Assembly (NCBI GenBank): GCA_040437565.1
Contig: JBDOQK010000053.1
Span: 1-64,000, forward strand
DNA length: 64,000 bases
Direction: 5' to 3'
Source: Albugo candida
Taxonomy: Eukaryota
Positions 25,260-33,967 of the stretch are shown here, one piece after another. The translations under genes were made by a program, and so were the position numbers. Every line of letters begins with the position of its first letter. The stretch's first letter is position 1. The notes under the pieces are model-generated. The model saw only the letters and a program-made list of their open reading frames with translations, had not been told where the DNA came from and made no database searches.

Positions 25260-25276
25260 CTCATTTTTGAATTTGC
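25260..25276 (+). promoter_or_regulatory. Oomycete Inr/FPR core promoter element
   Basis: CTCATTTTTGAATTTGC fits the YCATTYYNNAWTTY consensus, ~40 bp upstream of ATG 25301. Confidence 0.55.
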
Positions 25277-25300
25277 TTTTATTCACTCATTCAACCAAGC

Positions 25301-26467
25301 ATGAAGAACCCATGGACATCAGTATCATTCGTAACTCTCATCTGCACTCAGTCAGGAAATGGTATGCCACTTAGATTTCGCCCAAATATGCAACTACAAA
25401 TACCAGATTCAGCTCCAGCAGAACAATTTCAAGTATACTCCGAGGACAGTAGAGTCCGACACTTACAGTACGAATTAAGAGATAACAAGGCTGTACATGT
25501 CCATGTTGATGAAGCGGATGCCGAAAGCTTACGTAAAGTTCATCTAACCACCAACAGAGATGGAAGGAAGATAAGCTTTATTGTACTCGCTGACTCGGGT
25601 GTTCCCAATTTTCAACACGGTCACAAAATGGAAGGGTTCCATAAAGACATCGGAGAGAAACTTGGATCATTCGCTGGCAATGTCGACTTTGTTGTCTTGG
25701 CAGGTGACAATTTTTACGATCATGGAGTGAAAGACTGTGCCGATCCTCAATGGAAAGAGGTGTGGTTTGACCGTCTACGCGTTGCGAAGCTGAAGGTGCC
25801 ATTTTTCTCGGTTTTGGGGAATCATGACGTAGAAAGTGCTCCTGGATTGCAGAATGTCTTTCAGAACTGTGAAGGGGTTGATGAGGAGATGGCACACTAT
25901 TGGGTGAGTCCCAGCACAAATTATCATGTTGCCGTGAACGGAGAAATCAACTTGGTCTTCATCAATACGAATGAAGTGGGAACTGATCCTGTTACGCGAA
26001 AAAAGGGAATGAATGTTATTGCATCGCAAGCTATTCAGGATATCAAGCCTGATTTTGTGGTTGGTCATCACCCCATGTATGCTGCCGGCCCTACCAACGA
26101 AAAGCGCGTAAATTATATCAAGAGTGATGGAACGCTTCACGGCGAATCTATCGCGGCTGCTCATTTGCGCGAACATCCTTTTTTATTCTATTTATGTGGT
26201 CACGTACACGGTATGCAATTCCACAGAGGTGTGAATCACAAACAAATTCTTGTCGGAGGTGGTGGAGGGACTCTCGCAACCGGTCTTGGGTCAAACCCAC
26301 AACATGGCTCGAGCAGCAATTTCGAGGATATTGAAGCAGTCGTAAATGACATTGCCCATGGGTTCGCAGTCATCACTATCGATCTAACCACCCACAAAAG
26401 CGAGGTGGAATACCACCGGTACATTGGTCATCGGAAATGGGTGATATCTCTCAGCGTGGATGAATAG
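25301..26467 (+). CDS. Secreted purple acid phosphatase / ACP5-type metallophosphoesterase with RHLQ in the pro-region
   Basis: All five PAP motifs present: DSG, GDNFY, GNHD, VVGHH, GHVH. Hydrophobic N-terminus. Confidence 0.85.
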   Translation: MKNPWTSVSFVTLICTQSGNGMPLRFRPNMQLQIPDSAPAEQFQVYSEDSRVRHLQYELRDNKAVHVHVDEADAESLRKVHLTTNRDGRKISFIVLADSGVPNFQHGHKMEGFHKDIGEKLGSFAGNVDFVVLAGDNFYDHGVKDCADPQWKEVWFDRLRVAKLKVPFFSVLGNHDVESAPGLQNVFQNCEGVDEEMAHYWVSPSTNYHVAVNGEINLVFINTNEVGTDPVTRKKGMNVIASQAIQDIKPDFVVGHHPMYAAGPTNEKRVNYIKSDGTLHGESIAAAHLREHPFLFYLCGHVHGMQFHRGVNHKQILVGGGGGTLATGLGSNPQHGSSSNFEDIEAVVNDIAHGFAVITIDLTTHKSEVEYHRYIGHRKWVISLSVDE

Positions 26468-26490
26468 GTTCCAAAGTAACTTGAGAGCAG

Positions 26491-28518
26491 CTAAACAACT
26501 TCATTTGCTTTATCTCGGTTATTCAATTCTGATGCGAAACGCACAAACACTTTCTCTGCCTCACTCCATCGCTTCTTCATTGATTCTGACATAGATTTTC
26601 TCATTGCTTCACTGTTTCCACGTTGCAATATCTTATGCAAGAGAAGCGCACGTGGTCGATTGAGTAAAATCGACTTGAACGACTGCAATGTATGGTCGGT
26701 AAGCATTCGTTCAAGCGCGCGAGTGATCATCGGACCGGTCGACGTCGACGGATGATACAAAAATAAGATGACCAGTGTTTCACATACTCGTTCGTCGCCG
26801 CTGAGCGCATTGTTTGCAGTGATACGATCCACCAACTCGGGAGAGAACAAATACTCCATAACGTGTGGAAGGAGTAAAGATCGCGCCGATGGATGCAGCA
26901 GAGGCAATGCGCGACTCAGTAATTGCTTTCCATTGCGAACTGACATGATACGAAACAATTGAGATGCGACACATTGTACGACGCATTCTGTGCTGCCATC
27001 CACACGCACAATGTCATTAGCGGTAACTCCCAATATGTTTGCCAATTCCAAAAGCAAAGCGGTTGTCTTGGACCGTAAATGCACCAAAGCCGGATCCAGC
27101 TGACTATCATCGAGCACGTGGAATTGTTGTACATCAATATGACGAGCGTCCAAGATGTGACGCGCGTCTTCCAGCGATAATAAGCATTCGAATCCTCGCG
27201 ATATCTGACGTCGTTTAACCCAATCTTCACTGGACAGAGCCAGCATCGTGCGAGTATCGGCGCTAGGGTCCGCATCATCCTTATGAGTACGAGTTGACTG
27301 ACAAGTGAGCATCTCTTTTGGACGATACAAGCTGCTTTTGGTGTTGCGACCGAGTACTTGATTTTCATTCTCCCAAGTGCGGGTTTTCTTGGCACGCTGT
27401 CGTTCTTGTGTATTGACTGTGAGCACATGCTTCAGTTGCCACGAAGGTAAGGGAATCAAAGGTGAAGCTCCGTTTCTCTGCAGTACGGCGGGTGGAGGAT
27501 CAGATGAAGTATCTTGTGAAGGTTTCTGCAGTTGAGATGGATCCATCGGTGGAGGCAGCCCTGAAGATGCATTCATGCGAGCGTTCTGTAATCTCTTTTG
27601 TGTGTAATTGTGGAAGTAATAATCATCGCTGTATGGGTCACTCATTCGTATTTGTTTCAACTGTTGCTGCACAACAAAATTCACATCACGTGACGTCATG
27701 AATTTGTATTTCTTTTGCATATACGTCGCGTTGGCGGCAGTATACGAAGCGGAATGAGCGACATGGAAAGTGTGGTGTGAAGCTGTTTTTGGTGTATTCG
27801 GCAACGAAGCAGCTCCGATGAAGTCGGGTGATGCTCCACATGGACTTTGTATTAGTGAGCGCGGAATCGGTCGTTTCTTTTCGGCATCATCCAGTCCATT
27901 TTCACCGTCCAGACCAAGTCCCAACCCACGCAAAGCGAGAATCTGACTTTCATCGAACGCATCAAACTGTTCTTCCTCCACGAGATCCTTCGTCATGGTA
28001 CTTTGTAATGTCTCTGTGTATTGATGCTTACCGCGAGCCCAATTCAGATCTATAACCGATGGATTAGCAGAGTTTGTGCATACGGCTGTTGACGTACCAT
28101 TTTGTGACAAAACACTATCAGCATTTAGACTCGCGAATCCTGGCGGAGGGATTTTGTGGACATTTATTATTGACGTATCGGATGGATGCAGTGGCGCTTC
28201 CGTGTCGTTTGATGTGGTGACATCACACGGCTCGAAATTGCTCATAAAAGTCGCAGAAAAGGTATCATTGAAAAAGAGAGACGTTGAAGCAGCGATCGAA
28301 TTTGCATTGTCTATCTGTTTGGCTGTTTTTTCATGCAAACTCGTGTCGGTTGAAAGAGATCCCAAGAGATCATGTGCTCGTAAATCGTCTAGTAAACGCT
28401 CATACTTATGATCATCAACTGAGCTACTTGAAAACAGATCAGCGAAATCTCTATCCCAAGCGATTGCAGCGCGTCCGTAGTCGTTGTCACCTGAAGCATC
28501 TGTTTGCGCAGAGCTCAT
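26491..28518 (-). CDS. PAT1: mRNA decay factor PAT1-like
   Basis: KFMTSRDVNFVVQQQLKQIRMSDPYSDDYY motif, N-terminal FFNDTF-like motif and a helical C-terminal domain. Start taken at MSSAQT. Confidence 0.75.
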   Translation of the reverse strand: MSSAQTDASGDNDYGRAAIAWDRDFADLFSSSSVDDHKYERLLDDLRAHDLLGSLSTDTSLHEKTAKQIDNANSIAASTSLFFNDTFSATFMSNFEPCDVTTSNDTEAPLHPSDTSIINVHKIPPPGFASLNADSVLSQNGTSTAVCTNSANPSVIDLNWARGKHQYTETLQSTMTKDLVEEEQFDAFDESQILALRGLGLGLDGENGLDDAEKKRPIPRSLIQSPCGASPDFIGAASLPNTPKTASHHTFHVAHSASYTAANATYMQKKYKFMTSRDVNFVVQQQLKQIRMSDPYSDDYYFHNYTQKRLQNARMNASSGLPPPMDPSQLQKPSQDTSSDPPPAVLQRNGASPLIPLPSWQLKHVLTVNTQERQRAKKTRTWENENQVLGRNTKSSLYRPKEMLTCQSTRTHKDDADPSADTRTMLALSSEDWVKRRQISRGFECLLSLEDARHILDARHIDVQQFHVLDDSQLDPALVHLRSKTTALLLELANILGVTANDIVRVDGSTECVVQCVASQLFRIMSVRNGKQLLSRALPLLHPSARSLLLPHVMEYLFSPELVDRITANNALSGDERVCETLVILFLYHPSTSTGPMITRALERMLTDHTLQSFKSILLNRPRALLLHKILQRGNSEAMRKSMSESMKKRWSEAEKVFVRFASELNNRDKANEVV

Positions 28519-28659
28519 TGAGAATTGTGGTGGCTCTCCCACTCCGTAACGTGTTTCGAATTCGAACAATAACATGTGACACGTTGACGCATTGTTATAA
28601 ACCGCACACAACTACCTTGACGTATGATATGATACAAAAAACTTATACTATAAGACGCG

Positions 28660-31600
28660 TCATCGAGGCGGCGCTCTATTTGACGGCACACAGTAAATAC
28701 CTCCTATTCGGGAAAGATGTAGCGATGGACATGACCTGCATTCTTGTGTTTCCCATCCGACTAAGTACGATCCTTTCGGGCAGCAACGTTGTTGGCCATT
28801 GTTTCCTGCCTTTGTGTTTGTTCTACTGCCAGCGTCCTTCCCGCCGGTCATAACAGGTGAGACGTACTCGGGCGCGTCAGGCTCTTTCAGAAAAACTCCT
28901 GTATCTTCGCCATTTTCCTCGTCTGAGGTTGAGTCTAATTTTCGAGCTTCAGTCGCTTGCATGTTTCCAGCAATGCGCTTCCTTCTTCCCGCGCCTACAC
29001 TTCTCAGAGCATCAGTGGCCAATTGTCTCGCACTTGAAGGCTTTACAGGGACATGAGGTGTGGGTGCGGGACCACGTGGTTGTACGCTTACTGGAGCTCC
29101 AGTGGCTGATTCGGGGGCAGTACCCTCTGATTGTGAGTCTGTTCCACGTTGAGAGCCTTCGACTGGTGCCATTTGGCCGCCGCCTTGTGTACCATCAGCT
29201 GTACCTTCCGACGGGTCTACACTGGTATTTGCTGCGGCATCGTGCACAATCAGTGAGACAAGAACCATCAGAGGAGCTGATGCTTGGACGCCGGTATACG
29301 GGATTCTATCTGACTGTCCTATTCCACCGGAAATCCTGGTGGACACTGTAAAGGTACTAAACAACGACGGTAGCGGCACTTCACCGGCCAGAGTATCGTC
29401 ATTCACATCCGCGTGACCATTTGTTATCGCACACAGATCGGGTGCTTGAGCATCGCATTGCTGATACAGACTTCGGATCGGATTTGGGCAATTGGATGCA
29501 CTGCTTCGTTGCAAATTTCGTGGTCCATTGGATTGTATCGAGTTGAAAGAATACGTCTGTCGTTTTTGAACTTCGCGGTACGTAAAATCGAAGGTTCGTG
29601 TTGGAATGCTGAATTTCTGGTTGTTTGCTGCTGGGCCGAGATCCGTTACTTGGTGTGCCGTTGCAGTGACCTGAATCAATGAATTGCTTCCCGGTTGTAA
29701 TGTGCTCGGAGGCAATACAATGGCCATACGCTTGACGAAAATCACATGTTTTCTGATGTCAAAATCGGCAGGGACCCAGTTGTATCGTCTCAGCCACTCG
29801 ACATTTTGTGGGATCGTGAACGTAATATTCCGCTGCGTATCCGTGGCCATCAAATCGCCCAATGGCAAATGTGGTAGTCCGCTGCTGGAGGATGTAGGAA
29901 TGTATGCGATTCGCTGGATCGGTTCAGAGACGTCATTGAATTTGTATGCGATGAGGGAAGCCAGGTCGAATGGGGTAGATGAATCCAGTACAATCGGGGC
30001 GCACGGCTCAATCACACTTCCGCCATTTTGATATGTAAGGTAGGAGCATGTCGTTGCGGCCGTAAGAAACATCTCTGTGGATGTTACAAGCAATTGATAG
30101 ATCGCGCCAACGCGTAAGAACTTTGTCCGTTGTTGTGATTTCTGGTACGCTTGCAGCCTATTTTTCCTTCCAGTTCTCCACTTGTCAGTCAGCTTATCGA
30201 AACCAGCATCCGCACTATCCAAGACGGCATTCATTCCTTTGATGAAAAAGTTGGCACTCGCAGCAGTGACTGCCCCACGAGCGACTTCTGCGAGAGTTGT
30301 AATGGCATCATTGGACGTTGAGATCACTCGTTGCAACTTGGCGAATATCAATACATCTTCTTTGACGGCAAGGCACTCTTTGATAACCAATCCAATCGCA
30401 TTAGAGACCCGGCAAAGCTCTCCTTGATACCCAGAGAAAATTTCTTGCATCTCTGTCACCGCGGCGGAAGTAAATGCACTGTTATACTCTCCATACGCAC
30501 GCAAAAAATTCTGCGAATACTGTACGAATGATTCGGGAGTCAGTGCGGTATAATTCTGAAGTGGTTTGATCGTAAATCTCAGATTCTGTAATTTTGGGGC
30601 TTCGTCTAACATGCCTTGAATCGTAGATATCAGCTTTGGTATCAACCCCTGTGACATCAGTTTGTTGAGCTCCTTTACTCCTTTCTCTCCAGCAAAATCT
30701 TTCCGAACTTGATTGATCGCGCGTGTGAAATCGGCGTATGCTGCAGGTTTGAACCAATTATCTGGTTCCATTACGTGCAGAAGGGAACGGATTACAAGAC
30801 CAAATATCCCAAATATCTGTTTCTGTTGCATTGCTTTCTGTGCAGCCTTCCCAATCGTTTCGAGCCGAGCAATGTAAGGAGCCACAACTGGCTTTATCTC
30901 GGACAAGAGTTTTCCAATGGCTAACATGGAGGCGTTAAATCGTCTATCATTCCCGAATGCCATCCCATTTCCAAGCAAACGAGCTTGTGACGCAATCTGA
31001 GCCATTCTGGTGGTCGCGAGTTGCGTGAATGTGAGTATTTCACCATAAGCGGCACTGTGTTTTTGCGCTGTGATGTCGTTGCCTGCTGTCTGTATGGAGT
31101 CATTAAGCTGTGCAAACAGATCGGTGATTGCCAACGCTTTCTGTTGTGCTTCAGATCGCTCCTTCAGCAGCGTGAGATAGCGCGATCGCTTCATATCGGT
31201 TGATTCTTGTGATAGTACGGTCACTCTCCCCGGAATTGTGATCAAATCTTTATGTGAAGCCATAAGACTCATTTGCTGCAGCATTGGTGACAAGAAGCAG
31301 AATCGGATCAAAAGTTCTGGCTTGCACAACGCCGAGGAGACATTCATGTATGCTGGAATGTCTTGATCAGAATCTCCAAAAAAGGCCAAGATCAAATCGT
31401 CTGATTGTCGGATCATGTCGGACGCTTGAGATTTTATTATGTCAAAGTACGGGTCGATCACTGAGCCCATTAATTCTTGTCCTGAGGCATTACGAATGAC
31501 ATCCACAGTAGCAAACTTCAAAAGAGCCATTTCGACGAGCACGTTTGGATACTCTTGTAGCGTTCGATCAGGTACGTTTGAGATAAGTGGAACATACCAA

Positions 31601-32478
31601 TTGGGTGGCTGTGTCTGTGTGGAATTCACGTATTTGCCAGCAAGCTGTACCAAGTTGATTTTCTCAAGAATCGTGAAGTTGTTTTGACGAAACCACGCGA
31701 GCTCACAGGACGCGCGAAAGTAACTCCGAACACTGGTCAGGTAATTGGTTTGTTCTTCTATGGTAAGTTGGTCCAAACTCTTGATATCATCGCGTCGATC
31801 GTAATGGGTGATGTTTCGAAGAGCGGAAACCATTTCCCACAAACTCACGGCTTGCATCATGTCATCATTATCGGGTGATTTCTCTTGTTCAGCGACTAAA
31901 AGATTATTTACATACGACGAGACATTAGGCCATACGGTTCCCAGAACTGCGTTCTTCACTATAAGAGCCGATGCATCCATTCGCATTGGCAGCATATACC
32001 CCAACGACGAATATTTTGCATGAAAAAAACTAGGTCCCTGGCCAACAACGTATACAATCAAGGACGCAAACACATTGGCGACCTGTGGAATGATCGTATC
32101 CGTCGTGTAGGTGGGAAGAGTGATGGAGCTCCAAGTTGTGGTGTCATTCACAAGAGCCGCGAGCAAAGAATTGAAAAAGTTTTTAGAGGTTTCTATCAAT
32201 GGGACGATCTCGTAGATAATTTTCTTCTCTTCTTCTTCTTCTTCATCGGGTTCCTCCGCCGTTCCGTTCCGTTGTTGGAGGTTCGTTTCACCGGCATTGG
32301 GCACCATCGCGCCTCGGGAAATACGACCACCGGCCTGCAGGTTTCTATGGGGCTTGAGTGGGAATCGCACATTCAAATTTGCTGCAGAAATGACATAAAA
32401 CAAAAGTGTGACTAAAATAACTCGGCGAAAATGTACTCGGAGCTTCTTAGCGTGGAAATCGAGCCTTGTTCTATCCAT
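28660..32478 (-). CDS. Large (~1272 aa) putatively secreted protein with RNLQ + acidic tract; function unknown
   Basis: Single long ORF. Hydrophobic VILVTLLFYVISA, then RNLQ at residue 45 and EEPDEEEEEE; long helical middle; Cys-rich C-terminus. Confidence 0.8.
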   Translation of the reverse strand: MDRTRLDFHAKKLRVHFRRVILVTLLFYVISAANLNVRFPLKPHRNLQAGGRISRGAMVPNAGETNLQQRNGTAEEPDEEEEEEKKIIYEIVPLIETSKNFFNSLLAALVNDTTTWSSITLPTYTTDTIIPQVANVFASLIVYVVGQGPSFFHAKYSSLGYMLPMRMDASALIVKNAVLGTVWPNVSSYVNNLLVAEQEKSPDNDDMMQAVSLWEMVSALRNITHYDRRDDIKSLDQLTIEEQTNYLTSVRSYFRASCELAWFRQNNFTILEKINLVQLAGKYVNSTQTQPPNWYVPLISNVPDRTLQEYPNVLVEMALLKFATVDVIRNASGQELMGSVIDPYFDIIKSQASDMIRQSDDLILAFFGDSDQDIPAYMNVSSALCKPELLIRFCFLSPMLQQMSLMASHKDLITIPGRVTVLSQESTDMKRSRYLTLLKERSEAQQKALAITDLFAQLNDSIQTAGNDITAQKHSAAYGEILTFTQLATTRMAQIASQARLLGNGMAFGNDRRFNASMLAIGKLLSEIKPVVAPYIARLETIGKAAQKAMQQKQIFGIFGLVIRSLLHVMEPDNWFKPAAYADFTRAINQVRKDFAGEKGVKELNKLMSQGLIPKLISTIQGMLDEAPKLQNLRFTIKPLQNYTALTPESFVQYSQNFLRAYGEYNSAFTSAAVTEMQEIFSGYQGELCRVSNAIGLVIKECLAVKEDVLIFAKLQRVISTSNDAITTLAEVARGAVTAASANFFIKGMNAVLDSADAGFDKLTDKWRTGRKNRLQAYQKSQQRTKFLRVGAIYQLLVTSTEMFLTAATTCSYLTYQNGGSVIEPCAPIVLDSSTPFDLASLIAYKFNDVSEPIQRIAYIPTSSSSGLPHLPLGDLMATDTQRNITFTIPQNVEWLRRYNWVPADFDIRKHVIFVKRMAIVLPPSTLQPGSNSLIQVTATAHQVTDLGPAANNQKFSIPTRTFDFTYREVQKRQTYSFNSIQSNGPRNLQRSSASNCPNPIRSLYQQCDAQAPDLCAITNGHADVNDDTLAGEVPLPSLFSTFTVSTRISGGIGQSDRIPYTGVQASAPLMVLVSLIVHDAAANTSVDPSEGTADGTQGGGQMAPVEGSQRGTDSQSEGTAPESATGAPVSVQPRGPAPTPHVPVKPSSARQLATDALRSVGAGRRKRIAGNMQATEARKLDSTSDEENGEDTGVFLKEPDAPEYVSPVMTGGKDAGSRTNTKAGNNGQQRCCPKGSYLVGWETQECRSCPSLHLSRIGGIYCVPSNRAPPR

Positions 32479-32785
32479 TTTTTTCGCCTGAACAAAACTA
32501 AGCATGTGGGAGAAGTGTACAGAGTGCGACAATGTATGGACTGCAAACATGCTGCCAGCACAGCAAGTGTTGTGCTGGTTGACGTGGCACAAGCGATTTT
32601 CATACCATTTCGAACCCTCAAAATGACTATACAATTATCAAAATTAGGCAGCCGAATGTAAAGGCTGCGTGCCACCTCGAAAGCTATCGATTATCGAGCG
32701 ATTGTGACACATCGCTTTGGATTCATTGACGACGCAATAAACAGCTCACTTTTGTGCAAGAAAAAAGATATGGCAAATATGTGTG

Positions 32786-33403
32786 TCAATGTTCTAGTCT
32801 TTTGAAAATATGGTCACGAAACACAAATCGCTCAAGAACTTGTATCCTATGCTCATCTTCTGGTGTCATACATGGAATCTCTTGTCCTCCACTTTCTCTT
32901 GTGCCAGCTCGACAAGTCGCTGATCCATCCGATGACCGCCAGTAGTCTGGGAAATTGCGCAATAATTTCGCAAAGTAGCCGTATGCATGGGTGCGGACTT
33001 GTACAACTGTTTTCGTTCCAACCAAACCTTGTATTTTTTTCCATTTCCGTCCGTACGTCAGTAAGCCTTCCATAAAGAGTGAATGTTCCTTCTCCGTCCA
33101 TCGTTCACGTAATTTCGTATCAAACGCTTGCTTTCTTGTCGTCGTGTGCATTGTCGGAAGATTAAGATGCTGCATGTGACGACTAGGAGCGCAAGGTTGG
33201 CGATGCTGAGAGCATTTCAAAAATTCCTGCATGCTCGGTAGTGAGCCAATCGATGGTTTGGGGCTCTGTGTCGCTAACTCCACGTTACGAGAATGTTGCA
33301 AATGAGACTTTGGAAAGAGTCGATCGGATTGCTTGGAAGTGAGGAGCTGTTCTCGAGATGAGACCATCACGCTCGCATGCATTAAAGCGTCAAAGGAAGT
33401 CAT
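32786..33403 (-). CDS. Single-repeat Myb transcription factor (SHAQKYF class, THAYGYF variant)
   Basis: RERWTEKEHSLFMEGLLTYGRKWKKIQGLVGTKTVVQVRTHAYGYF. Confidence 0.85.
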   Translation of the reverse strand: MTSFDALMHASVMVSSREQLLTSKQSDRLFPKSHLQHSRNVELATQSPKPSIGSLPSMQEFLKCSQHRQPCAPSRHMQHLNLPTMHTTTRKQAFDTKLRERWTEKEHSLFMEGLLTYGRKWKKIQGLVGTKTVVQVRTHAYGYFAKLLRNFPDYWRSSDGSATCRAGTRESGGQEIPCMTPEDEHRIQVLERFVFRDHIFKRLEH

Positions 33404-33967
33404 GCAATTGACTTTGTGTTGCAACGCAAATTGCGAAATGAGGTGTTTGTAGAGTGTGAGGACAAATCAGTTCCCTGGAATGGACCGAAAAACGGAAGAA
33501 ATATAAAAAGATAGGATGTATCTTGCTGCGCGTGCATGTCGCGCATCGTGCATGTGCTCAGTACGAAGTCGTTATATCTCGATTTTATACGAATTCGAAC
33601 ACCCTTTTCTGCTACGAATTGTCTGCAAAACGATATTATAGCTGCTATGAATTCAGATATACCTTTTTTTATGAATCTGATCGATCGAAACTTGAAGCTG
33701 TGCAATCGAATCTTGCTTTATGTATAGTAATCCCCTTCAAAAAGTTTGGACTCGGAACAAACATGAAAAACCTACACTAATATACATTATATCAGTTAGT
33801 ACCTACGTAGACATCAGCTGACTCAAACCTGGCTAACAATCGTTTGTGTCTGTTTATACGATATACACACGTCATAGTCTACAAATGATATGATTGACAC
33901 GCACATTTCGAGCCATTTAACGCGTTAAGAACTTGAACGCAGGCAGAGTTATAGCCTATACCGTTTC

